Source of the DNA: Actinomycetota bacterium
GTDB lineage: Bacteria; Actinomycetota; UBA4738; HRBIN12
Direction: 5' to 3'
DNA length: 49,711 nt
Assembly: GCA_036555125.1 (NCBI GenBank)
Contig: DATBLY010000013.1
Coordinates: forward strand, 1-49,711
Part shown: piece after piece, positions 36,748 through 46,272 of the stretch
Layout: each line of letters starts with the position of its first letter
Numbering within the stretch: position 1 is the first letter of the stretch
The notes under the pieces: generated by a model
Told to the model about the DNA's origin: nothing
The model's database searches: none
What the model saw: the letters and a program-made list of their open reading frames with translations, nothing else
Made by a program: the position numbers and the translations under genes

Positions 36748-37581
36748 TCAGCCGGCGAGCGACCGCAGCGTCGCGATGTCGCGGGCGTGACGCTCGGCGT
36801 CCCCCGGCGTCTCGAGGATGAAGGGCACCGCGGCCAGCTCCGGCCGGGAGACGATCGCCCGCCAGCCCTCGGCCCCGATGTGGCCGTCGCCGATGTTCGC
36901 GTGGCGATCGCGGCGCTCCCCGCACCCGTACATCGAATCGTTCGCGTGCACGAGGGCGAGCCGGTCGGCGACACCCTCGGTCCGCAGCTCGTCGACGACC
37001 GCGGCGACGCCCTCCTCGGTGTCGAGGGCGTAGCCCGCGGCGAACAGGTGGCAGGTGTCCAGGCAGAGCCCCAGCTCGGGTGCCTCGGACGCTTCGAGCA
37101 GCCGCGACGCCTCCGGGATCGTGGAGGCCACCGCCCCCGACGTGCCGGCCATCAGCTCGACGAGGATCCGCACGCGCTCGGCCTCGCCTGCGACGAGACC
37201 GAGCGAGAGCGCGGCGCGCTCGAGCGCGGCCGTCCGCTCGGCCGGGCCGCCCGACCCCGCGTGGACGATCAGCAGGTCGATCCCGAGCGCGTCGCAGGCG
37301 CGAACCGTCGATGCCGCCAGGGCCCGGGTCTTCGCCAGGAACTCCCGGCTGGGCGATGCGATGTTCACGAGGTACGGGGCGTGGGCGACGAGCGGCCCGA
37401 GGCCCGCCGCCGCCCACTCCCGCCGGAAGGCTTCGGCGTCCTCGGGCGAGGTCCGCGGCCCGACCCATCCGCGGGGGTTGGACACGAAGATCTGGGCGCA
37501 GTCGGCGCCGCGGACCCGGCACGCCTCGATCGCGCCGGCGGCACCGGCGGACCCGCGCCGCACGTGCGCGCCGATCCTCAC
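36748..37581 (-). CDS. nfo: Endonuclease IV (AP endonuclease family 2)
   Basis: RIGAHV, HAPYLVNIAS, LIVHAGS, LDTCH, HANDS, ILETP. Confidence 0.9.
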   Translation of the reverse strand: MRIGAHVRRGSAGAAGAIEACRVRGADCAQIFVSNPRGWVGPRTSPEDAEAFRREWAAAGLGPLVAHAPYLVNIASPSREFLAKTRALAASTVRACDALGIDLLIVHAGSGGPAERTAALERAALSLGLVAGEAERVRILVELMAGTSGAVASTIPEASRLLEASEAPELGLCLDTCHLFAAGYALDTEEGVAAVVDELRTEGVADRLALVHANDSMYGCGERRDRHANIGDGHIGAEGWRAIVSRPELAAVPFILETPGDAERHARDIATLRSLAG

Positions 37582-39563
37582 ACCATGAACAGCGTGATCG
37601 TGTCGCCGTAGGTGACGGTGACCGACGGGCCCGGGCTCTGGCTGTAGACGATCGCGCCCCCCGTCCCGACGACGGTCTGGAAGTCCGCGACGAGCCCGTA
37701 GCGATCCGCGAGCTCCTGCGCCGCCTCCCGCGACAGGCCACGGAAGTCCGGGCAGGCGAACGTCTTCGGGCCCAGCGAGACCACGAGCGTGATCGTGGCC
37801 CCGGGCTGGAGCTTCTCCTGGGCCGGCGGGGTCTGACGGATCACGTCCCCGCGCGGGACCTGGGTCGAGAACTTGGAGTCCCCGACGACCGGCACGAACC
37901 CCGCCTCGCGCAGGATCCGCTCGGCGTCCTCACGCGACTCGCCGACGACGTCGGGGACCGGCCGCGGCGGCGGACCCTCGCTGACCACGAGCGCGACGGT
38001 GCTGCCCTGTGGCGCCTGACCCTGGGCCGGCGTCTGGGAGATCACCGAGCCCTCGGGGACGTCCTCGGAGAACGCGTACGTCGGCTCGCCGGGGACGAGT
38101 TTCGCCTGCCGGATCGCCTTGCGCGCCTTCTCGAGGGCCCGGCCGGTCACGTCGGGGACGTCGCGCGGCGGAGGTCCGAGGGAGGGGACGATCGTCACGG
38201 TCGACCCCCGATCGAGCGAGGTCCCCGGCGGGGGATCCAGGCGAAGGACGCTGCCGGCGTCCACCCGCATCGAGTGCTCGCCCGGATCCGCGGTCACGAC
38301 CACGAACCCGAGGTCCGTCAGCCGCGCCTGGGCGTCCGCGACCGTCAGGCCGGCCACGTCTGGGACGTCGGCCGCGTGCGGCAGGAGGTAGGTCCACCCG
38401 CCCCACGCGGAGGCGGCGATCGCGATCGTCAGCAGCAGGATCCCCGAGACGCGCCGCCAGCGGCGCTTCCGCCGCCGTTCGGTGCGGGGGATCGTCGCGG
38501 TCGTGGTGGCCGCGCCGCCCACGCGGATCGTCGTCTCGCCGTCGTCGCCGCGGACCTCGACGGCGTCGGCGACCGCCGCGGCGAGGGGCGGCGCCGGCGG
38601 GAGGTTCGGAAGGAGCGACTCCAGGTCGCGGCGCATCTCGAGCGCGGACTCGGGGCGGAGCTCGCGTTCCCGCTCCGTGGCGGAGGCCACGAACCCGTCG
38701 AGCTCCGAGGGGATGTCGGGGACCTGGGTCGACGGCAGGGGCACCCGATCGGAGAGGTGCTTGTAGGCGATCGCCATCGCGGTCTCGCCCGTGAACGGCA
38801 GCCTGCCGGTCAGCAGCTCGTACGCGACGATGCCGAGCGAGTAGAGGTCGGATCGGGGATCGGCCGGCTCGCCGCGGATCTGCTCGGGGGCGAGGTACTG
38901 GACGGTCCCCGTGACGGCGCCGGCCTGCGTCGCGGTCCCGTCCGCGTACGCGCGCGCGAGGCCGAAGTCGGCCACCTTCACGACCCCTTCGATCGTCAGC
39001 AGGATGTTCTCGGGCTTGATGTCCCGATGCACGATGCCCTGGCGGTGCGCGTGGTCGAGGGCGAGCAGCGTCTGGCGGAGGATCTCGCCCGCCTGCGCCG
39101 GCGCGAGGTGGTGCTCGGCGTTCAGGAGGTCACGGACGCCGCGACCGCGGACGAACTCCATGACCATGTAGTAGATGCCGTCCACGGCGCCCCAGTCGTA
39201 GACGGCCACGATGTTCGGGTGCGAGAGCACGGCGGCGGCGCGTGCCTCGCGGCGGAAGCGGTCGACGAAGGCCTGGTCGCCGGCGAGCGACCGGTGCAGG
39301 ACCTTGATCGCGACCTCGCGAGCGAGCACGGCGTCGTGCGCCCGGAAGACCTCACCCATGCCGCCGGCGGCGACCCGGTCGACGATGTGGTAGCGGCCGT
39401 CGAGGGTGACGAGCGCATGGCCCCCGGTCTCACCGGCGGCCGTGGGGCGTGCGATGCTCCTGGACGTGGGACGACCTCCCTCGGGGGAAGCGCTGCATGA
39501 GCCAAGCGGGGTCCGGGGCGATTCTAGGGTGAGGAGCGGGTCGGATGGCTGAAGCTCGGGCAA
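37578..39563 (-). CDS. pknB: Ser/Thr protein kinase with one TM segment and four extracellular PASTA domains
   Basis: GGMGEVF, AIKVL, HRDIKPENIL, DFG, APE, then a TM (ILLLTIAIAASAW) and 4 repeats of VPDV.G......A...L. The start is uncertain: TTG 39563 (preferred, GAGGA upstream) or GTG 39608. There is no canonical start closer to the kinase domain. Confidence 0.85.
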   Translation of the reverse strand: MPELQPSDPLLTLESPRTPLGSCSASPEGGRPTSRSIARPTAAGETGGHALVTLDGRYHIVDRVAAGGMGEVFRAHDAVLAREVAIKVLHRSLAGDQAFVDRFRREARAAAVLSHPNIVAVYDWGAVDGIYYMVMEFVRGRGVRDLLNAEHHLAPAQAGEILRQTLLALDHAHRQGIVHRDIKPENILLTIEGVVKVADFGLARAYADGTATQAGAVTGTVQYLAPEQIRGEPADPRSDLYSLGIVAYELLTGRLPFTGETAMAIAYKHLSDRVPLPSTQVPDIPSELDGFVASATERERELRPESALEMRRDLESLLPNLPPAPPLAAAVADAVEVRGDDGETTIRVGGAATTTATIPRTERRRKRRWRRVSGILLLTIAIAASAWGGWTYLLPHAADVPDVAGLTVADAQARLTDLGFVVVTADPGEHSMRVDAGSVLRLDPPPGTSLDRGSTVTIVPSLGPPPRDVPDVTGRALEKARKAIRQAKLVPGEPTYAFSEDVPEGSVISQTPAQGQAPQGSTVALVVSEGPPPRPVPDVVGESREDAERILREAGFVPVVGDSKFSTQVPRGDVIRQTPPAQEKLQPGATITLVVSLGPKTFACPDFRGLSREAAQELADRYGLVADFQTVVGTGGAIVYSQSPGPSVTVTYGDTITLFMV

Positions 39564-40270
39564 GTGACCTGCCGGTCCTCGACCGCGAGATCGGGGCCGA
39601 GCTGGCACGGATCGAGGCCGCGGTCGGAGCGGGTGAGACGGACCTCCGAGGGCTCGGGTTCTGGCGGATCGTGGCCCGCGTGAAGATCGACCGGATCCTG
39701 ATCGACCGTCACGCCGACCGGATCGGCAGGATCGACGCGGCCGCCTTCCGCCGGGCCGTCCGCCCGCGGTTCCCGGTCTGGTTGGGGAACACGGTCCTGC
39801 TCGCGGGGGCGGCCGTGAGCGGGGTCCTGATCGGGGTCGCCGGCGCGGTCGGCTCCCCGGGGTGGAAGGGCGTCTGGATCGTCGCCGCGGGGGTCGGCTG
39901 GGCCATCACGCTCCACTGTCCCACCCACTGGATCTTCGGATGGTTCGTCGGCGTGCGGTTCACCGACTACTTCTTCGGCGGACCGCCGCCGCCACGCCCG
40001 GGACTGAAGAGCGACTACGCGACCTACCTGCGTGCCGACCCGGGCAGCCGCGCCTGGATGCACGCCTCGGGCGCGATCGCGACCAAGCTCGCCCCGTTCC
40101 TGGCGCTGATCTTCGTCCGAGTGGTGGACGCGCCGTGGTGGGCGGCGGTCGTGCTGCTGGCCGTCGGGATCGGGCAGATCCTGACGGACGTCCGGTTCTC
40201 GACCGCATCGAGCGACTGGAAGAAGTTCGCCCGCGAGCGCCGCGTCGCGCGGGCGCGTGCCGACATCTGA
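39545..40270 (+). CDS. Membrane protein of unknown function (about 4 TM)
   Basis: GAGGAG lies 8 nt upstream of the ATG. GC3 is high from about 39566 onward. Hydrophobic segments include VLLAGAAVSGVLIGVAGAV, VWIVAAGVGWAITL, LAPFLALIFV and WWAAVVLLAVGIG. Confidence 0.65.
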   Translation: MAEARASDLPVLDREIGAELARIEAAVGAGETDLRGLGFWRIVARVKIDRILIDRHADRIGRIDAAAFRRAVRPRFPVWLGNTVLLAGAAVSGVLIGVAGAVGSPGWKGVWIVAAGVGWAITLHCPTHWIFGWFVGVRFTDYFFGGPPPPRPGLKSDYATYLRADPGSRAWMHASGAIATKLAPFLALIFVRVVDAPWWAAVVLLAVGIGQILTDVRFSTASSDWKKFARERRVARARADI

Positions 40271-40283
40271 CCCGGTATCCTCG

Positions 40284-40381
40284 TGCTCGGAACCGGGGAG
40301 CTCGGGACACCGGGCTGAGAGGCCGGCTGCGGACGCCGGCGACCCGACGAACCTGATCCGGGTAATGCCGGCGGAGGGAGC
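40284..40381 (+). promoter_or_regulatory. TPP (THI-box) riboswitch
   Basis: GGGGAGC...GGGCUGAGA....ACCCGACGAACCUGAUCCGGGUAAUGCCGGCGGAGGGA matches the THI element core. It sits directly upstream of thiE, and the GGAGGGAG RBS is part of the 3' end. Confidence 0.9.
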
Positions 40382-40387
40382 GGCAGG

Positions 40388-41041
40388 ATGGCCTTCGACC
40401 CAGCGGTGCTCGCGTTGTACGTCGTGACCTCCGCGACGGTCTCGCGGGACCGCGGGCACGTGGAGATCGCGCGCGCGGCGATCGCGGGCGGGGCGACCGC
40501 GATCCAGCTCCGGGCGCCGGAGCTCGACGACGAGGCGCTGCTCCCGGTCGCGCGCGAGATCGTGGCGCTCGGGCGTGCCGGCGGGGTCCTCACGATCGTG
40601 AACGACCGCGTGGGCGTCGCGATGGAGGCGGATGCCGACGGCGTGCACCTGGGGCAGGAGGACGCGTTCGGGGACGCCGCCCGCCGGGTGGGCCCGCGGC
40701 GGGTCCTCGGGATCAGCGTCGGAACCCCGCTGGAGGCCCGCGGGGCCGAGGCGGCCGGCGCACACTACCTGGGCGTGACGGTCTGGTCCACCGCGACGAA
40801 GCCGGAGGCGCGGCCGGTCGGGCTCGACGGCGTCCGGGCGATCGCCCGGGCGACCCGGCTGCCCGTGGTGGGCATCGGGGGGATCGATGCGTCGAACGCG
40901 GCCGACGTCCTGGCGGCGGGGGCACGCGGCGTCGCCGTGGTGTCGGCCGTGGCGGCCGCCGACGACATGGTCGCGGCCGCGCGGGGGCTGCGCGACGCGA
41001 TCGCGGGGGCGGACGCGGCCGCGAGGGGAGGGGCCAGATGA
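40388..41041 (+). CDS. thiE: Thiamine-phosphate synthase
   Basis: LYVVT, AIQLR, VNDR...A...ADGVHLGQED, GIGGI. Preceded by the TPP riboswitch. Confidence 0.88.
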   Translation: MAFDPAVLALYVVTSATVSRDRGHVEIARAAIAGGATAIQLRAPELDDEALLPVAREIVALGRAGGVLTIVNDRVGVAMEADADGVHLGQEDAFGDAARRVGPRRVLGISVGTPLEARGAEAAGAHYLGVTVWSTATKPEARPVGLDGVRAIARATRLPVVGIGGIDASNAADVLAAGARGVAVVSAVAAADDMVAAARGLRDAIAGADAAARGGAR

Positions 41042-42123
41042 GCGAGCCGCGGACGGGCAAGGCCACCGCCGAGCTCTTCGAGCAGGTCATCCTCCGCCGG
41101 CTGGGCGCGCCCGATCCCGACCTGATCGTCGGCCCGCAGCACGGCGTCGATGTGGGTGTCGTCCGCGTGGCCGACGGGATCGCGATGGCGCTCACGGCGG
41201 ACCCGGTCTTCGTCGTGCCGGCGTACGGCTGGGAGCGCGCCGCCTGGTTCGCGGTGCACATCCTGGCGTCCGACGCGTCGACGAGCGGGTTGCCGCTGCG
41301 ATGGATCGCCGTCGACCTGAACCTGCCGCCCGAGCTGTCCGACGACGACCTCACGAGCCTGTGGGACGCGTTCTCGCGGACGTGCGCGGACCTCGGGATC
41401 GCGGTCGTGACCGGGCACACCGCCCGCTACGACGGCTGCGCCTGGCCGATGGTGGGCGGCGCCACCTGCATGGCCGTCGGTCCCGAGGACGCGTTCGTCA
41501 CGCCCACGATGGCCCGGCCCGGCGACCGCGTCGTCGTGACGAAGGGCGCCGCGATCGAGGCGACCGCCCTCTTCGCGGCGACCTTCCCCGAACGCCTCGC
41601 GCGCGGTGTCGGCGCCGACGTGGTGCGAGCCGGCGACGCGCTCTTCGAGCGGATGACGGTCGTGCCGGAGGCTCGGGTCGCGTCGGCGTTCGGCCTGCGG
41701 GACGACGGGGTCACGTCGATGCACGACGCCACCGAGGGCGGCGTGCTGGGCGGGCTCCTCGAGGTCGCCGTCGCCTCCGGTGTGGGGATGCGGATCGAGC
41801 TCGACCGGATCCCGGTCCGGCCGGAGGTCCGAGCGATCTGCGCCCACGTCGGGATCGACCCGTACACCGCGATCTCGGAGGGCACGCTGATCGCGACGGT
41901 CCGCCCGGAGCGCGCCATCGGCTACGTCGAGGCCTGCGCGGGGGCGGGGATCGACGCGGCGGTCGTGGGCGAGATCACCGATCCGGGAGCCGGCCGCATC
42001 CTCGTCGACGACGCGGGCGAGCGCGATCTGATCCACCCCGGCCTCGATCCGTTCTGGGCCGCCTTCGGAGCCTGGGCCGCCGAGGCGGCCGCCCAGGACG
42101 CAGCCGGCGGGGATCGACCCTAG
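41038..42123 (+). CDS. AIR-synthase-related (PurM/HypE/ThiL superfamily) ATP-utilising protein
   Basis: GVDVGVV...ALTADPVFV...N-domain, VVTGHT, DATEGG. AIRS N+C domain layout. ATGA overlap with the thiE stop. Confidence 0.75.
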   Translation: MSEPRTGKATAELFEQVILRRLGAPDPDLIVGPQHGVDVGVVRVADGIAMALTADPVFVVPAYGWERAAWFAVHILASDASTSGLPLRWIAVDLNLPPELSDDDLTSLWDAFSRTCADLGIAVVTGHTARYDGCAWPMVGGATCMAVGPEDAFVTPTMARPGDRVVVTKGAAIEATALFAATFPERLARGVGADVVRAGDALFERMTVVPEARVASAFGLRDDGVTSMHDATEGGVLGGLLEVAVASGVGMRIELDRIPVRPEVRAICAHVGIDPYTAISEGTLIATVRPERAIGYVEACAGAGIDAAVVGEITDPGAGRILVDDAGERDLIHPGLDPFWAAFGAWAAEAAAQDAAGGDRP

Positions 42124-42168
42124 GGCCGCGGATCGGCGCGCGGCCCGCGGTCGGTAGGCTCTTGCGCC

Positions 42169-43053
42169 GTGGATCTCGTGTGCGTCGGCGACGTGATGCT
42201 GGACATCCGGGTGGATGCCGACGCGCTGAAGCGGGGCGGCGACGTCCACGGCCGGGTCCGGCTCCAGCCCGGCGGGACGTCGGCGAACGCCGCCGTGTGG
42301 GCGGCGTGGGACGGGGCCTCGAGCCGCGTCCACGGACGGATCGGCGACGACCTGCAGGGCCGGATGCTCCGTGCAGCGCTCGCCGAGCGGGGGGTCGACG
42401 ACGCCCTCCGCGTCGATCCGGCCGCGCCGAGCGGCACGATGCTCATCGTCCACGAGCCGGGCGAGCGATCGATGGCGGCCGATCGCGGCGCGAACGCGAA
42501 CCTCGTGCCGGAGGACCTTCCCGACGAGATCGTGGCGGGCGCCGTCCTGGTGTCGGGGTACCTGTTGCTGCAGGCCCTCGGCCACGCGGCCGCGCTCGCC
42601 GCCTTCGAGCGTGCGCGCGCGCCGTTCGTGGCGGTCGAAGCGGCGTCGTGGCCGCTCGTGGAGGCGTTCGGGGTCGAGCGGTTCTTCGAGGAGACGGCGC
42701 GCGCGAACGCGGTCTTCGCGAACGAGCTCGAGGCGCGGACGCTGACCGGCGCGGAAGGCACGGACGCGGCAGCGGCGCTGGGGGAGCGTTACCGGCTCGC
42801 CGCCGTGAAGATGGGAGCGGAAGGGGCGGCCGTCGCGTTCGACGGGTCGGTGTTCACGGCTGCGCCCGAGGCCATCGAGGAGGTCGACCCCACGGGCGCG
42901 GGCGACGCGTTCGACGGGGTGCTGCTCGCCGGGTTGGCTCGGGGTGTGACGGTCACGGACGCGGCGCGGCGGGCGTGTCACGCGGGGGCTCTCGCGGCGG
43001 CGAGCGCCGGCACCTGGCCCGAGCCGGGGGCGCGATCGGGGGCGCGGCCGTGA
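42169..43053 (+). CDS. psuK: PfkB-family carbohydrate kinase, probable pseudouridine kinase
   Basis: GGTSANAA, DPTGAGDAF anion-hole motif. GTGA-coupled to psuG. Confidence 0.75.
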   Translation: MDLVCVGDVMLDIRVDADALKRGGDVHGRVRLQPGGTSANAAVWAAWDGASSRVHGRIGDDLQGRMLRAALAERGVDDALRVDPAAPSGTMLIVHEPGERSMAADRGANANLVPEDLPDEIVAGAVLVSGYLLLQALGHAAALAAFERARAPFVAVEAASWPLVEAFGVERFFEETARANAVFANELEARTLTGAEGTDAAAALGERYRLAAVKMGAEGAAVAFDGSVFTAAPEAIEEVDPTGAGDAFDGVLLAGLARGVTVTDAARRACHAGALAAASAGTWPEPGARSGARP

Positions 43054-43955
43054 ACGGGGCCCTCGTCGTCGGCGAGGCCGTCCGAGCGGCGCTCGCCGAC
43101 GGTCGTGGCGTGGTCGCCCTGGAGACGAGCGTGATCGGGCAGGGGCTGCCCTTCCCGCGCAACCGGGAGTGCATCGAGCGGATGACGGGGGCGATCGCCT
43201 CGGCAGGGGCCGTCGCGGCCTGGATCGGCGCGACCGACGGCTCCCTCGTCGTCGGCCTGTCGGACGAGCAGCTCGACCGGTTCGCCGAGCCCGGGGCCGC
43301 CGTCAAGGTGGCGAGGCGGGACCTCCCCATGGCGGTCGCCACCGGTGCGCTCGGGGCGACCACGGTGTCGGCCACGATCTGGGCGGCGCGCGCGGCGGGG
43401 ATCGCGATCGGCGCCACCGGCGGGATCGGCGGCGTGCATCCGGGCGACGGGGACGTTTCGGCCGACCTCCTCGAGCTGGCGCGGACGCCGATCCTGCTGG
43501 TCTGCTCGGGGCCGAAGTCGATCATCGACGCCGTGGCCACCGCGGAGAAGCTCGAGGAGCTCGGGGTCGCCCTCGTCGGCTACCGGGTCGACCGGCTGCC
43601 GTGGTTCCTCGCGCGGGAGGCCACGGGCGTGGAGCTCGAGCACCGCGTCGACTCGCCCTCGGAGGCCGCGGGGCTCGCGAAGGCGGCTCGGGACCTCGGC
43701 GTGAAGGCCGCGACCCTGCTCTGCAACGCGATCCCGGTCGACGACGCGATGGACGCCGACGAGGTCGCGACGGCCGGCGCCGAGGCCGAGCGGCGAGCCC
43801 GGCGCGACGGCGTGGAGGGCAAGTGGCGCACCCCCTACCTGCTGGCCGCGCTCGCCGAGATCACGGGGGGCCGGAGCCTCGAGGCGAACCTCTCGCTCCT
43901 GCAGGACAACGCGCGCGTCGCGGGGGAGGTCGCCGCCGCCCACGCCCAGGCGTGA
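43050..43955 (+). CDS. psuG: Pseudouridine-5'-phosphate glycosidase
   Basis: VVALETSVIGQGLPFPRN, TGGIGGVH, DVSADL.EL..TP, and SGPKSI(L/I)D-like motifs. GTG 43050 in frame with track ORF 40887..43955. Confidence 0.9.
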   Translation: MNGALVVGEAVRAALADGRGVVALETSVIGQGLPFPRNRECIERMTGAIASAGAVAAWIGATDGSLVVGLSDEQLDRFAEPGAAVKVARRDLPMAVATGALGATTVSATIWAARAAGIAIGATGGIGGVHPGDGDVSADLLELARTPILLVCSGPKSIIDAVATAEKLEELGVALVGYRVDRLPWFLAREATGVELEHRVDSPSEAAGLAKAARDLGVKAATLLCNAIPVDDAMDADEVATAGAEAERRARRDGVEGKWRTPYLLAALAEITGGRSLEANLSLLQDNARVAGEVAAAHAQA

Positions 43956-43967
43956 GCGCGCGCTCAC
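43952..43967. terminator. Perfect 16-nt palindrome spanning both stop codons of convergent psuG and GT2
   Basis: gtgagcgcgcgctcac contains the TGA of psuG (43953..43955) and the TGA of the minus-strand GT2 (43966..43964). No U-tract, so the terminator function is speculative. Confidence 0.2.
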
Positions 43968-45010
43968 CGGAGCCAGGTCTGGATGATGACCTTCGAGAAG
44001 TTCCAGCCGTACTTCAGCGACTTCGGCTTCTTCGACTTGCCGCCCTTGCGCGCGAGGATCGTGACCGGGACCTCCACGATCTTCGCGCGATGCCGCAGGG
44101 CCTCGATCAGGATCTCGCTCGTCCAGAACTGATCCTGCTCCAGCACGAGCCGGCGGAGCAGATCGGCGCGGGCCGCGCGGTACCCGCTCGAGATGTCGGT
44201 CACGCGTGTGCCCGTCAGGATCGTCACGAGCCACGAGAAGAAGTGGACGCCGATGTGGCGGATCGTGCTCTCCTTCTCGAACTCGCCCAACAGGCGCGAC
44301 CCGTTCACGTAGTCCGCCTCGCCCGCGATGATCGGGGCGATCATCACGGGGAGCTCGTCGGGCAGGTGCTGGCCGTCGGCGTCGAGGGTGACGACGATGT
44401 CCGCGTCCATCCGGAGGGCGACCTCGTACCCCACGCGCAGCGCGAGCCCGCCGCCGCGGCGGATCGGGAGCTCGGCCACGAAGGCCCCAGCCTGGCGCGC
44501 CACGTCCGCGGTGCGGTCATCGGAGCCGTCCGAGACGACCACGGGGACCACGGCGTAGCCCTCGACCATCTGCGGGATCGACTTCACGACGGCGCCGACG
44601 TTCTCCGCCTCGTTGTACGCGGGGGACACCGTCACCAGGCGCGGACCCTCGGGCAGTGTCGCCACTCGGTCCCAGTCGAACCGCTCCCGCCCGAGGGCCT
44701 CCACCAGCAGGCGGATGCTCCGCTCGTTGACGTCGGCGATCGACTGGAGCCGCAGGTACAGCGAGAAGAGCACGACGACCGCGACCATCAGCAGGAAGAT
44801 CAGGCGGCGGTTGTCCCCGGGCGTCGCGTCGAACGCGCCGAACAGTGGGTCGAACAGCGACGGGGAGATCGCGAGCAGGATCACGCCGATGCACAGCGCG
44901 CTGGACAGGATCAGGTTGAGCCGGCTCGTCTGTCGGTGGCGGTAGCGGCGGACCTGGAAGACGAAGAGCGCCAGCGCGGCGACCCCGCCGGCGATCCGAA
45001 GGCCGAGCAT
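43964..45010 (-). CDS. GT2-family glycosyltransferase with N-terminal TM segments (polyprenyl-phosphate / lipid glycosyltransferase-like)
   Basis: Three N-terminal hydrophobic segments, then SPAYNEAENV, SDGSDDRT, LDADGQH (DxD) and a basic C-terminal tail. The start abuts the sqdB stop (TAG then ATG). Confidence 0.8.
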   Translation of the reverse strand: MLGLRIAGGVAALALFVFQVRRYRHRQTSRLNLILSSALCIGVILLAISPSLFDPLFGAFDATPGDNRRLIFLLMVAVVVLFSLYLRLQSIADVNERSIRLLVEALGRERFDWDRVATLPEGPRLVTVSPAYNEAENVGAVVKSIPQMVEGYAVVPVVVSDGSDDRTADVARQAGAFVAELPIRRGGGLALRVGYEVALRMDADIVVTLDADGQHLPDELPVMIAPIIAGEADYVNGSRLLGEFEKESTIRHIGVHFFSWLVTILTGTRVTDISSGYRAARADLLRRLVLEQDQFWTSEILIEALRHRAKIVEVPVTILARKGGKSKKPKSLKYGWNFSKVIIQTWLR

Positions 45011-46201
<1,191 letters not shown>

Positions 46202-46272
46202 TCAGACATCGGGGGTGCGGGTCATCCTACCGGGAGGCGTGGCTCGGGCGCCGGTGACCCGGCCCGATGGTC

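Noticed and set aside
41038-42123. Considered calling the PurM-like protein selenophosphate synthetase (SelD), given the nearby Sec-FDH
   Set aside because: It has no N-terminal Cys/Sec-Lys glycine-rich loop (the G-x-G-C/U-K type) characteristic of SelD. It is also translationally coupled to thiE behind a TPP riboswitch, which points to thiamine rather than selenium metabolism.
40765-42981. 738-aa minus-strand ORF. Similar long antisense ORFs occur at 29395..31473, 24820..26559, 23211..24881, 10613..12586, 13474..15126 and 17100..18749.
   Set aside because: All are antisense to genes with strong motif support and have an R/P/G/D-dominated composition. This is the expected consequence of G/C at nearly all third positions of the true frames.
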